From Squalus acanthias (Eukaryota): DNA of 64,000 nt. The notes under the pieces were generated by a model that made no database searches, was not told the origin of the DNA, and worked only from the letters and a program-made list of their open reading frames with translations. A program made the translations under genes and the position numbers. Every line of letters starts with the position of its first letter. Within the stretch, counting starts at the first letter, position 1. The stretch is taken from positions 126,792,001 to 126,856,000 of the forward strand of contig CM059432.1 in assembly GCA_030390025.1 (NCBI GenBank), given 5' to 3'. This document shows, in pieces, positions 11,680-24,519 of the stretch.

Positions 11680-14285
11680 CATAAGATATACTGTACAGCA
11701 AAGAAACAGGCCATTCGGCCCAACCAGTCCATGCCGGCATTTATGCTCCACTCGAGCCTCCTCCTGTCTTTCCTCATCTAACTATCAGCATAATGCTCTA
11801 TTCCCTTCTCCCTCATATGCTTATCTAGCCTCCCCTTAAATGCATCTATACTATCCGCTTCAACCACTCCCTGTGGTCGCGAGTTCCACATTCTCACCAC
11901 TCTCTGGGTAAAGAAGTTGCTCCTGAATTCCTTTTGATTTCTTGGCAAATATCTTATATTGATGGCCTCTAGTTTTGCTTTTCCCCACAAGTGGAAACAC
12001 TCTCTATCTACTCTATCAAAACCTTTTGGAATTTTAAAGACCTCTATTAGGTCACCCCTCAGCCTTCTCTTTTCAAGAGAAAAAGAGACCCAGCCTGTTC
12101 ACCCTTTCCCGATAGGTATACCCTCGCATTTCTGGTATCATCCTTGTAAATCTTTTTTGTACCCTCTCCAGTGCCTCTATATCCTTTTTATAATATACTG
12201 ACCATATTTGTACGCAGTACTCCAGTGTGGTCTAACCAAGGTTCAATACAAGTTCAGCATAATTTCTCTACTTTTCAATTCTATCCCTAGAAATAAACCC
12301 TAGGTGCTTGGTTTTTTTTATGGTCTGATTAACCTGCATCGCTACTTCGTGATTTGTGTATTTGTACTCGAGATCACTTTGCTCCTCTACCCCATTTAGA
12401 TTCTTATTTTCCAAGTAATATGTGGCCTCCCTATTTTTCTTACCAAAATGTAATGCCTCACATTTAACTGTGTTGAAATTCATTTGCCAATTATATGCCT
12501 GTTCGGCAAGTTTATTAATATCTTCTTGTAATTTCCCTTTTGAAATCCATGCTGACTATTCATTATTATATTTTTGGTTTCTAGATCTTTTCTTTTCCCC
12601 TTCAGTAGGGATTCCATTATTTTTTCCTACCAACGAAGTTAAGCTGACTGGTCTATAGTTCCCTGGACATGTTCTATTTCCCTTCTTAAATATAGTTATT
12701 ACGTTAGCTATCCACCAGTCCTCTGGCACTACACCTTTTTCTAACGAATTATTAAATATGTGTAATAGTGCCACTGCCATCTCTTCCCTAGATTCTTTTA
12801 AAATGCACAGATGTAATCCATCCGGACCAGGGATTTTATCCCGAGTTTGATTGGTTTATTTAATATTTTTCCTCTTTTTATTTTAAATGCAGTTATCTCA
12901 TTTCTAATCTCATCATTTGTATTCATGTCTACCTGATCGGTCTCCCTGGTAAATACTGAAGCAAAGTAATTATTTAATATTTCTGCCATTTCTCTATCGC
13001 TGCTGGTGTTATTATCCTGTCCATCCCGACTTTCCTTTTTTTATTTTATTTATGTGCCTGTGGAATATTTTACTATTTTGTTTTATGTTCCTTGATAATT
13101 TAATTTCATAGTTCCTCTTTGCCTTTCTATTTTTTTGACTTCTCTAATCTCTTCGTATTCTCCCTCGTCATGTTTTCCCCTGCTTTCCATGTACTTAATG
13201 TATGCCTCTCATTACCCTCCATTTTTCCCTTCTGTCTTTATTCATCCATGGTGTCTGAATAGTGTTTATCGTTATTTTTTTAGCAGAATATATTTTTCCA
13301 GGACTCTGTTGAACACCGTTTTAAATGTTTCCCAGTGCTGTTCGACATCATTGTTTGCCAATGTTGATGTCCACTTTATTTTCCCCCGAGTTTAATCTCA
13401 GCCCCTCAAAATCAGCTTTTCTCCAATCTATTACCCTGGTCGTCATCATACTTACATCCTTCTCAATTATCTTAGTGGGTTATATTATGGTCACTATTGC
13501 CTAGATGTTCCCCAACTTTTACTTCTCTTATCTGCTTCTGGTTCATTCCCCATTACTAGATCCAGTAGCGAATCCTCCCATGTCAGGCTCTTGCATATTG
13601 GGTTAGAAAGGAGCCCTGTACATATTGTAGCAACTCCATTCCATATCCCCATTACCAACTCTTCTGGCCAATTAATATCAGGGCAGTTGTAATCTCCCAT
13701 GATTAGTATTTTTATTTTTTTTTATTTTTAACTATTTCCCTAATTTGTTTGCATATTTCTTCCTCCACCTCCCTGCCACTATTAGGTGGTCTGTAGACTA
13801 CCCCTATTAGTGTGAGTGATAGCTGCGTCACTTTTTCTACTGCCATTGTTATCCCCAATAAGTATAGCTACTCCATCTCCCTTTTCCCCCCCTCTATCTT
13901 TTCCAAATGTTATACCCTGCAATGTTTAATTCCCAGTCATGATTCTTCTGTAGCCATGTCTCAGTAATCCCTACTATGTAATCCCTAATACGCTCCTCGC
14001 AACGTATTATTGCCTCCCGTTCTCCTGTTTTATTACGTATACTGTGTTAAACTGTCTGTACAGCAATGCACAGAGTGGTGAGAGTGTGGAACCCGCTACC
14101 ACTTGCACGTGGCTCAGGCAATAATCCAGAGATTATTTCCCACAAGGTCCTGCTTTTTAATTTAGCTCCTAACTCCTGATACTCCCTCAGCAGGACCTCC
14201 TCCCTGTTCCTACCTATGTCGTTTGTTCCGACATAGACCATGACAACTGGATTTTCCCCCTCCCTTTCCAAATTCCTCTCTAGCC
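11680..14285 (-). mobile_element. CR1 LINE with ORF1 SGNH-esterase remnant, APE, RT and 3' UTR; internally deleted
   Basis: ORF1: PVVMVYVGTNDIGR...IISGLLP; APE: MGDYNCPDINW, LLDLVM; RT: PGNYRPVSLTS, MNFNTVKCEALHFG, NFFTQRVVRMWNS. Confidence 0.9.
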
Positions 14286-14287
14286 GA

Positions 14288-14585
14288 CACTGGCAAAGCT
14301 GCATTTATTACCCATCTCAAGTTGCCCTAAGAGCGTTAAGAGCCAACTACACAGCATGGGCCTATAATCACATGTATGCGCCACCAAGTAGGAGTAGGAG
14401 ATTCCTTTCTATGAAAGTGATCGTGAAGGAATTGACTTTTTACAACAATCCGGGCACTTTTATTGTTATTTTCTGGGGCCTGTCCAAAAATTACCAACTT
14501 TATTAAATTCAATTTCACAACTTACCATGGTGGATCTAAATGCACAGCCTGGGGCTTGTTCGTCCAGTAACAACCACCAACCTAA
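14288..14585 (-). mobile_element. Old SINE-like copy sharing head and tail with the 7938-11052 LINE
   Basis: Reverse complement gives GTTACTGGAC head, ...GATTGTTGTAAAAA..., and ...AGGGCAACTTGAGATGGGTAATAAATGCAGCTTTGCCAG tail. Confidence 0.65.
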
Positions 14586-14646
14586 CTAATGGTTATGCTA
14601 TTGGATTACAATCTGTGAAGAGATAGCAAATTAAAACAGTACATAC

Positions 14647-14801
14647 CTGCCCAGCTGTGTAAATTGCCACATTGCGCTCATTCTGGCCAAGGAAAGCAAC
14701 ACTGCTTGTAGGAAAGTTATGTTCTTGTTCAGCTTTTCCTGTAGCTAGGTCAAAGATACAGTAGCGTACCCAGCTACCCGTCTTCAGCACAGTATGAACA
14801 C
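14647..14801 (-). CDS. UBR5: UBR5 exon (~exon 19), 155 nt
   Basis: gactag|GT GTT CAT...GGG CAG|gtatgt; VHTVLKTGSWVRYCIFDLATGKAEQEHNFPTSSVAFLGQNERNVAIYTAGQ. Confidence 0.96.
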
Positions 14802-15501
14802 CTAGTCGAATAGTCACAATGGATATTGTTAACTCATACTATTAGGTGACCATCTATATGAATTTATCACAATTATGTCAACTAATAACAGGTTCAAATT
14901 ACATACCAAGCCGTGTTAAAAATTATTTTGTTTGCATTTTGATATAATCTTAAATTGAAGCGTCAACATCCCCAAGCAACAAATTTTCAAACAACCCGTC
15001 AGTTATTGAGCAAGCTTGCACATGGCTTTTGGCTTCAGCAAGGTACTGGAAGGCAGCTGGAACCTGTGGTACCAAACCAGCCCTTTGGGAGGGAGAGAAA
15101 GAAAACAATTCTGTTCATTTTCCAGTTATGCTGGGAAATGTGCGCATCATGTTGAGTAAAGACAGGACTAGATTTAGGTGTAATGCCACTTGTGGTAGAA
15201 TAGTCACTATTCAACTTCTAAGCTCTCAATTTATAGTGCCAAATCACAATGGTTTTACACAAGATATGTGCTCCCAAAAAGCAACTCTTCCAATTTTATT
15301 TTCTCTCCCAACAATTTGATATTAGGTTTGAGGGAGAGCAGGGAGAGTAACAAACCATGGTTTTAAATGAAAGTATGGCAAACAAAGGTGCAATAAGGGA
15401 ATATTAAAAAAAACTCCCAACGATTTCAAAGATAACAGGAAAATAATGGGACTTTAGACAAACCTTCAGGTCCTGTTGGTTTCCACCTCAGAGTATTATT
15501 C

Positions 15502-15878
15502 TTTTTCAGAATGTGGGTATTACTGGCAAAGCCAGCATTTATTACCCATCCCTAGTTGATACAACCGAGTAGCTTGCTAGACCACTTCAGAGGGCAGTTA
15601 AGAGTCAATCACGTTGGTATGGAAATGGAGTCACATAGACCAGACTGGGAATGGGACAAGCTGCTACTTTTAAAAAGCTTTTAAAAAAAAGTTAGGATAC
15701 AGATCAGCCATGATCTCATTGAATGGCAGAAAAGACTTGAGGCAGAATGGCCTACTCCCGTTTCTACGAATTCAAATTCTCAAACTGCTACGGTGGGATT
15801 TGAACTCCTTTTCTGGACTATTAGTCCAACCTCTGGGGATTCCCAGTCCAGTAAATATCCAACACACTACCATACCCC
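15502..15878 (-). mobile_element. SINE-like element = 5' head + 3' tail of the 7938-11052 LINE, nested in CR1 and itself carrying a CR1 tail piece (~15690-15770)
   Basis: Reverse complement: TTACTGGACT...CCAGAGGTTGGACTAATAGTCCAG...GAGTTCAAATCCCACC head; TGACTCTTAACTGCCCTCTGAAGTGGTCTAGCAAGCTACTCGGTTGTA joined directly to AGGGATGGGTAATAAATGCTGGCTTTGCCAG. Confidence 0.8.
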
Positions 15879-16154
15879 TTAAAAAAAATTGGCGAGGAAA
15901 CTGCAGATGCATTGGTCATAATTTTCCAAAACTCTCCGGATTCATGAATTGTGCCTTTTGAATTGCAAATGTCACTCCATTATTTAAGAAGGGATGGGGA
16001 GAGAAACCAGGTAGCTACAGATCCGTCAGTTTAACATCAGTTGTGGGGAAGTTATTGCAATTTCAGACAGAGCACTTGGACAAGTATTAGCTGATAAAAG
16101 ATCAACTAAATGTCAACATGGATTTATGAAGGATAGTTCACATTTAACTAATTA

Positions 16155-16441
16155 CGTAGAATTTACAGCACAACAGGCCATTCAGCCCAACTGGTCTGTG
16201 CTGGTGTTTATGCTCCACAAGAGCCTCCTCCCACCCTACTTCATTTAACCCCATCAGCATATCCTTCTATTCCTTTCTCCCTCATGTACTTATCTAGTGT
16301 CCCCTTAAAAGCATCTATGCTATTTGCCTCAACTACTCAATTTGGTAGCCAGTTCCATATTTGAACCACTCTCTGGATGAAGAAGTTTCTCCAGAATTCC
16401 TTACTGGATTAATGAGTGACTATATATATATATATATATAT
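16155..16441 (-). mobile_element. CR1 3' tail fragment in opposite orientation, adjoining a (TA)n run at 16421-16441
   Basis: Matches 11690-11960 (CAGGCCATTC.GCCCAAC..GTC..TGC.GG..TTTATGCTCCAC). Confidence 0.8.
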
Positions 16442-17389
16442 TAATTACATGGCTGAAGGAATAGAGTTGTATATCTAAGTTTGCAGATGACACTAAGTTA
16501 GGAGGCACAATAAATTCTGTAGACGGAAGCAGGAAGTTACAAAGGGACATAGACTAAGTAAATGGGCAAAACTATGGCAGCTGTAGTTCAGTGTAGGGAA
16601 GGAAGGTCATCTGCTTTGGATTCAAGAAAGAGAAATCAAAATATTTTCTTAATGGTGACATACTAGGAGCTATGGAGGACCAAAGGGATTTAAGTGCCCA
16701 TGTACACAAATCACTACAAGGTAGTGAGAGGTACAAAAAGTAATTAAAAAGGCCAATGGAAAAGTTAAAAGGCCTTTATCTCTAGGGGCTGGAATACAAA
16801 AGGGAGGAAGTTATGCTTTAGCTGCACAGAGCGTTGGTCAGACCGCACGTGGAGTAATGCATTTAGTTTTGGGCACTCCACCTCAGGAAAAATATAATGG
16901 CCTTGGGGTACAGCACAGATTCACTTAAATGATACCAGGACTGAAAGGGTTAAATCATGAGGACGTGTTTCATAAACGTGGCTTGTATTCCTTTGAATTT
17001 AATAGATTGAGGGGTGATCTAATCGAGATGTTTAATCTGATTTAAGGGATTCAATAGACTAGATAGAGAAACTATTTCCTCTGGTGAGGTAATCCAGAAC
17101 AAGGGGGCACAATCTTAAAATTAGAGTGAGGCCATCTAGGAGTGCAATCAGGAAGCACCTTTTCAGGGAAGTGGAGATCTGCAACTCTCTTCCCCCAAAA
17201 GGCTGTACAGCTGGATTAACTGAAAATTTTAAGACCAAGGTTAATAGAATTTTGTTAGGTAAGCGTATCGAATGATATGGACCAAAGGCAGGTAAATGAA
17301 GTTGAGGTACAGATCAGACATTATCTAATTGAATGGCAGAACAGGCCAGAGGGTTTCAATGGCCTACTCATGTTCCTATGTAACAGCTC

Positions 17390-17770
17390 CAATGCATGCT
17401 GGAGTATAGGTCCAACTGCCTTCTAATGCCTTGCCCAAGTAGCCAAATGTCATGTTTAAGCATACGCAGTGCATGTTGATAGGTTATTTGAATTTAGAGG
17501 GCATCTCCTGTCAAGTCGACTCCTGTTCTCACTCATCGTGTGTGTTTCCAGAAGGGATCGCGAATCAGTGTTCAGAACAGAAGTCCTGGCTGCTTTTCTT
17601 CAGGGTTGCAGAAGCCAATCTTAGCATCCCAAATACTGCCCATGCAGAGATCATTGCAGATCAGGGACTGAACAATTGATCTTCCTGGCCTTGGGATACA
17701 GCACAGATTCACACAAATGATACCAGGACTGAAAGGGCTCAGCCCTACACAAACAGTACGTTTACCCATT
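17390..17770 (-). repeat. Old interspersed repeat, probably a SINE; related copies at ~31755-32090 (+) and ~54722-55010 (-)
   Basis: Shared blocks seen by eye, e.g. TGCTGGAGTAT, GAAGCCAAT/GAAACCAACTGTAGCA, GGTTATTTGA versus TCAAATAACC. Confidence 0.45.
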
Positions 17771-18325
17771 AAGCCATCAAGCAGCTCCAACAGTTTTAAA
17801 ACAGAAAACAAGGTATAAAATAATATAGAAACAGCCCAATAGTGATTTTCCTTTTTAGCATTAGGATTACAGATAATTTACTCAAATACATTTTGAGCAA
17901 AACTGACAAGTGTTTGCCCTTTTATAGTGATTCTGCCAACCACATATATTTGTCCCTTCTATGCTATGTTCAAAACAGAATTAGGTTAGTCCCACTTCTG
18001 TTAGGAGGGCAACCCTTTGATTGACTTGTTCATTCATATTAAACCGCCCTTCACAAATACACTGCTGTCAATACAGTTCTTAACGATGGTGTTTTAGCAA
18101 TTCCACTAATGGCCTTCGTAAACAATTGTAGGTTGAAGTTACTGCATTTCTCGATCAACATTATTAAAAATTAACATTCTTTGACATTTGCTTCAGCTGA
18201 TCATGACCAATGGTGAGAGCTTGGTTATATTGTGGCACTGATAATAGAAAGTGCTTCATTTTCTGTAGAAAAATCATAGTTATACCAATAAATTTATGGA
18301 GTACAAGGCCAGCTGCTGCACTTAC

Positions 18326-18437
18326 CCTTGGAATCCACATTCACTGCAAGGATCTCTGCTTTGTCTGGGATAGTAAGCTTTTTAGGAGTGCGTTGGAAAC
18401 AGTCTGGAATCTTTGGTGTCCCGCCCGTTTTCACCAC
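18326..18437 (-). CDS. UBR5: UBR5 exon (~exon 18), 112 nt
   Basis: cttcag|GTG GTG...AAG G|gtaagt; VVKTGGTPKIPDCFQRTPKKLTIPDKAEILAVNVDSKG. Confidence 0.96.
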
Positions 18438-19399
18438 CTGAAGCAATGTAGAGAAGCACCAACATATAAATTGCACTCAGCACGTTCTACGAGAGAAGCT
18501 CCGCTAAGGTTTTCAGTTACAATAACTTCACTATAAACAACATAGTCGTTATTCTACATGCATACTTTACAACCCAGCAACAAAATACACCACAGCTCTG
18601 TACAACATGTCCATCACTGTAATTCTGTATCATGGAGAAAGAATAAGTACACAGTGTGGGTGACCTACAGCACAGATGAAGGTGTCCAGAAAAACTATGA
18701 GCAATATCAGCAAGAGGCTATGGAGGGGGGGATGAAGAGGAAAGAGTTAAGTGCACAAATGCAGTGGCAGTGAGAGATTCAAGAAGGGAGGGAGGAAAGA
18801 GGTGAGAGGGCCAGAAGAAGGAAAGAAGGGATGGAGGGGAAGGAAGAAGAGAGCTAAGTATACAGCTCAGTGGGTATTTCAAAAAAGAATTGGAGATTGG
18901 GATGTTTGCCAGGTTAAATTGCTTAGTGGTCAAGGAGTTTACTGGGTGACAACAAGGATAACCTGATACTGGGGGAGGGCGGAGAAGAATGAGTTGTATC
19001 TCTGCCCCCAAGTCCAATTATCCCCGGCCCTAGCTCCATTTCACCTGCAGGCAGCATTTGGTTATACTCCCCGTGTGCAATACCACAGAAGATCGACTAG
19101 CTTGAAATTATACTCTGAAATGACTGAAGATGAACCTAAATCTTGACACCAAAACTTACCCGGAGGTAACATAAGCTGGCAGATGCCAATTCAAATTTCT
19201 CAGACGTGCTCTCTGATGCTCAGATTGGGCACAAATCCACAAGGGGCCAGATTGTGCAATTACAGTGCAGCAGGTTTATAACGTCAAAACACAATGAAAT
19301 GCATAAAGGAAATTATAATGGGGGAAAAAAGTTGACAAAAGTGACAATGGAACGTCATGTGGCGCAGACTCAACTTTTAATAAGATACAGGAAAGTTTT

Positions 19400-21115
19400 A
19401 TAAATGGGAAATTTAAAAAAATAGGACTGAGAAAGTTATTAAATTATCTGGGGAATTAAAAAGGCTTTATACAAGCACATTAGTAAGAGGAAACAGACTG
19501 CCATGAGATGAAGTAAGCAAGCTTTGAGTGGAGAAAATGGTAGAGAAGAGATGAGTATTTTGCCTCAGTTTTCAGAGGTGTGGATACTATGATTGCAGAA
19601 TCACTAGAGGTGGGTGAAGAACTGTTAGCAGAGGTTACTTTTCAGAGAAATTGTAACAAAGTAGTTACACAAACTTAAGATAGACACAGACAAATCACTG
19701 GGAACTGAGAATCTCGAGGGAAACTAGGAAGGAATAGCAGATGCGCAGACAATTTTTCAAAATTCGGTGGAAAGGAAAATTTTGCCAGAGAACTGAAGAG
19801 TGGGAATGTAACTCCCTTTTCAAAAGGAATGGGGGATAGGTTAAGTCAGGAAATTATATGCTAGTTACTTCAGTTATTGGTAAACTACTGACGTGCATAA
19901 TATGGGATGCAATTACTAAAGCACTTGGCGAAACAAGCCTTTATTAGGGCCATTCGCTATGGACTTCTAAAATAGAGATCATGCTGGACAACCTTACGGA
20001 ATGCTTTGAAGAAAAAACCAGAGGGAACAGCTAAAAGTGCAGAAGATGTGGTTTAACGGGATTTTCAAAAAGCATTTAATAATGTGCCACAAGAAATTAG
20101 AACACAGAATATTGTGGCCCGATGGTTAGAGGGCAGGAAGCAAAGTGTAGCTGCAAAAGGAAGTTTCTTGGACTGGAAAGATCTGGTCAGTGATGCTCGA
20201 CGGGGCTGTGCTGGAGCTGCTTTTATTAACTATATACATAAAATGATCGGGAGTTCGCAATTGAAGGGAATAATTGACATTTGCTGATGATACCAAGTGG
20301 GGGCTATCATACATGGTGAGGAGGATAGTGAAAAGATTGCAGACGGACCTAAATAGGCTAACAGGATGAGTAGATAGGTGGCAAATACAGTTCCATGTGG
20401 AAAAATATGAAGCAATATATTTCGGAAAGAAAGAGAGAGATAGAGAGACAGACACACACACACAGACAGAAGAAATACACTTCAAATGCTAATATTTGAA
20501 GTGGAATAAAGGAGCAAACTTTGGTCTGCAGATGCTCAGGTCATTAAGCGTGGCAGTATGAGCAGAGTCATAAAAAGACAAATACAATTCTTGATTTTAT
20601 ATCTAGAACATAAAAGCAAGACCTTAGTTAGGCCTCAGTTGCAGTACTATGTACAGTTTTGGACACCCCATTAAAAGGACATAAAAGCAATGGAAAAGTT
20701 GCAGTGAAGATTCACTAGTATGTTTTTGGGGTTGAGAGGTTATGGAGACTTATTTTAGGGATTTTTTCACTACAGCTAAGGGGTGACCTGATTATAAAGG
20801 GGTAATAAGATGATAACAATCAATTGTTTCCACTGGTCAGTGAGACAGCAACAAGGTGGCATAAATGTAATTTTTTTTCACAAAAACCAATTTAATGGAC
20901 GGTTAGAAAAAATATTCTTTGACCGAAAAGTGCAAATTCTAACCACCCTTTGTGCAGAGTCCATAAATTCTCGTCAAAGGAAATTAGATGGTTGCTTGAA
21001 AAACAGCAATATTAAAGGGCGCAAGGAGGAGAGTGAAATTAGACTAGGTGGCTTGTGTGGATTAAGAAACTGGTGCAGAGTTGATGGTCAAAAGGCCTGT
21101 TTCTGTACTGTCACA
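19400..21115 (+). mobile_element. Decayed CR1 LINE ORF2 and 3' UTR
   Basis: Remnants: DFQKAFNNVP, RWLEGRKQSV, FADDTK, LVRPQLQY.VQFWTP; tail GGCCTGTTTCTGTACTGT. Confidence 0.8.
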
Positions 21116-23658
21116 TTTTATTAATAATAGTGGGGCCTGTTTTCACATACTAGTGTAAATGAGTTCTAAACTTCTGAGAGCTGGTGAAAATTTCACTAGA
21201 ATAGAATGTGCTCACACCACAAATTTCATGCCATCAGCCCACATATAATTATTGACAACTCCAGGTGCCGACTTGGACAGATGCAGGAACCACAGTGGTG
21301 AGAACAAATAATGGTGTGCAAGTGAAATTTTAAAGCCATGCAGAAGTCAAAGAATAGAGGAACAAAAATTCTTCGAGAATCTGAAAGGATCCAAAAGGTA
21401 GCTCAACCCACTTATGGCCTTTGCCAAGGCTGAAGGGGGAACGGGCACAAGTCTGCAAGGAAATGACAGGTCAACCCAGTGCCAGACCACATTTCATGGC
21501 TGCTGAAGTGAAGGTCGTGCAGCACATGGTGGCTGAGAGAGGTGTTACCCTCGGTCACTCTGCAGCATGATTCCCCACAAGTCAGAAGTGCAGCATGCCC
21601 GGAAGGAAGTGGCGGCAGCCGACTCCTACCATCACTGGTTGTGCCAACTCTTGGCTGCACTGTAGCTGCAGGTGACCTAGCTCGACATCTGGCTCTGTGC
21701 TGACCCAGACCCTGTCAAGAGAATTTCCTACAAGCATTGCCAGGTAGGTGCGATAATGCCTGTAAATATGCTTGGCGGGTGTGCTTTTGCTGACTATAAT
21801 CACCCTGGCATGCCTTCTTTTAGGAAGTACCACTGAAAGTGTGATATACTGTGATTGGGCTACTTCTAAAGAACCATCTAACATAACAGGTAGTCAAGCA
21901 TTAACATGTCAATAGTACCATTGGGTCGGGTATCCCAGTTTCTTATGGAAATAGGAGCCACCACATGCACTAATTATCTGCCAAAGCAAGGTCTAGTCAC
22001 CTCTGTCTGCAGATTCGGGTGTGAGGGTACTGCTGGGTGGGCACAGAATACCTCACGTGCAGTCTGACCTGGTTGGCATCCTTCCGTTGGTCCTCGTTTT
22101 CCAAACACGTTAGATAGGGAGGATTCCCACTGGAGAACCCATTGGTACCAATAATAGTGCTGGGAGTAAAAAAAAAATACTCTAATTGTCACAAAGGCTC
22201 AAGATTTCCTAAATGCTAGCAGAAAAAAAATAAAACCGGTTCAGAGATGACGAAGATTGTTGAATGTCTTTTAAACTTACTGTCATACACAGGTCAGCGC
22301 TCAACAACCTGGATGCCTATTAAATACAAGCAGAATTTGCACCTGGTGCTGACCCAGTTTGATAGCAAGAAAATTTCACAAGTGGCCGAATTAGAACCAA
22401 AAATGTGTGCCACGCACAAAGGGGTAGAGAACCCGCATTACAGGTATCCACCCCTTTCCCACGCTAGTAAAAATCAGCTCCAAAGAGTCCTCTATATAGT
22501 GAGAAACCCTTTCTGCTCAGGTTAATTTGTTCAAATTGTTAGTGTTCAGATGGGAGAGAAAAATGGCATGCTTAAATTTTGATCCAAAAATACAGTAATC
22601 AAAGTTGTTTGAAAGCTTCCACTGAAAATACCAATACGGCTTCAAGTTTTAAATTGTTAATTTATGATTTACTATTTGAGAAACTAATTTCTCATTGGAG
22701 AAAAGAGAGACATGACCCAAGTGTGTGTTTTTTTTTTAAATGGAATTGATAATGTTATGCTTTGTGCAGAGCTTCAGCTCCAAGTTAAATCTACCACTGC
22801 TTAAGATCAATAACTTTAGTTAAGAATTGTTGATTTATAGAATAAACTGACACCTAAAGCAGTTAATTAACTTAATTGAACCATTCAATTTGACAGGTAC
22901 CCAAATTAGAGCAGGAAAATATATGAGTTTGAGATGAGAAAGATCATAATGTTAGAACGACCGTTAAAAAGGGCAATCTGAAGGTGCTTGTCGTGTTTAT
23001 TCATTTTTGAAGTCCCTAAAGTGTAAGTGCCACACTAGGAATGCATTTGGCTGATGCTTTGACAGTCAACTAGCAGATTCCCATAAAAATTCTTTGGCAC
23101 TGGGCCACACAAATGAGGAAGGTATGTTGGTTTCATCAAGCAACGGCAAACGTGGAGTGCTACAACTGTGTTAGCACAAGAACTTTTCTGATAACGGGAT
23201 TGGGGAGGGCAAGTAGGAGTGGGATTGGGGAGGACAAGTAGGAGTGGAAGGTAAGAGAAATAGGCAGGGTTCCCAAATCCGATTCTAAAAGGAAAAGTTT
23301 ACGTATTTGGCTCTGCTGGGATTTCTGTCCCTGGTAATATATTCTAGACCCGAAGAACAGCCATTTAAGCAAGCTACCAGAGGTCTATTGGTGTCCTTGA
23401 CTCATTTTGGTTGGCTGAACTGCTAATAATTACTGAATTTAGCTAAATCAAAATGGAGAGCATTAAATACAGCTTTAAAAAACTAAAGCTACAGTTCCAA
23501 GTGTTTAAAATTGTCTAGTCAATATTAAAAGAAAATACTTTGAACTCTCAGCTATAAATCTACAACTCAATGCCTACTTCTCCAGTATTTCCACAAGTCA
23601 GCTATTCCACGTATAAAACAGTTATGTACCATTTAAAAATTGGTTTTAGAATGCTTAC

Positions 23659-23802
23659 TTGAAGTTCGTCAATTCGAAGTAGCCTACAGTCTTGCAAGAG
23701 CGAAGTTGGATCAGCATCTGTACTAGTACAGCTCTGATTACTGACACTGCTAGAAGTCCCAGGGAATTTCACAGCAACATAGGCACCATCCACTTTCAAT
23801 AC
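23659..23802 (-). CDS. UBR5: UBR5 exon (~exon 17), 144 nt
   Basis: ccaaaag|GTA TTG...CTT CAA|gtaagc; VLKVDGAYVAVKFPGTSSSVSNQSCTSTDADPTSLLQDCRLLRIDELQ. Confidence 0.96.
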
Positions 23803-23867
23803 CTTTTGGAGAAATTAAAGTGCATTTTGTTGACAAACGCTGCTGGAATTATGTCCGGCATAACACA

Positions 23868-24519
23868 GGGCCAGATCTTGCTGGAAAAATAACGGTGTGT
23901 TAACAACGCACACTGTTATCAATGTGCAAATCGGCCAGCAAGTTCAAAGTTCTGTGCGAGTTGCAAATCTCAAACTTGCTGGTCGACTTACGGCACCTCG
24001 TCCTTAGCCTCCACATAATTTTTAAGACTTGTTGGATTTGCACATTAATTGCCCATTAAACTCACCGCAGCAAGTTAGGGCCAGTGATCAAGTGCGTATG
24101 TATCCTTTTAACGACGTGATAATTGTTTATGCAATGCTAATCAACCTCTCTGGACCAGAATGGAAACAATTTAAAGTGTTTAATCTCATTCCTGTATTTA
24201 TTCAATTTTTTAATTTGTTACTTCTCCTTTCGGTCTTTTTTTCCCTCTCTCTTAATCCAATCTTTATTTCCTTCTCTTTCCGTACCTGATTTGACTAATT
24301 CACCCACTCTAATTTACCCTCCTCCTCTGTCGTTGCTGTTTTTTTCTCAATCCTTAAATCTCATTGGTCAAGGAGAACACGGTTGGTCCTGCTGTTCACC
24401 CTTGCTACACCGCTATCAGCTTGCACTTCCAGCAAGTTGCGGCACAAAATTCTTTTGAACTGAAGGGTGCAGAAAAAAATCCAACTAAGGGGGCATGCCG
24501 CTAGAGCAAGATCCGGCCC
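23868..24519. mobile_element. Non-autonomous DNA transposon (MITE, possibly PIF/Harbinger-like)
   Basis: TIRs GGGCCAGATCTTGC (23868-23881) and GCAAGATCCGGCCC (24506-24519), 13/14 match; flanks ACA/ATA. Confidence 0.75.

Larger units (their letters stand above)
15400..17382 (+). mobile_element. Decayed CR1 LINE (RT to 3' UTR) interrupted by nested insertions
   Basis: Remnants of [48 protein letters not shown]; 3' end TGGCCTACTCATGTTCCTATGT. Confidence 0.85.
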
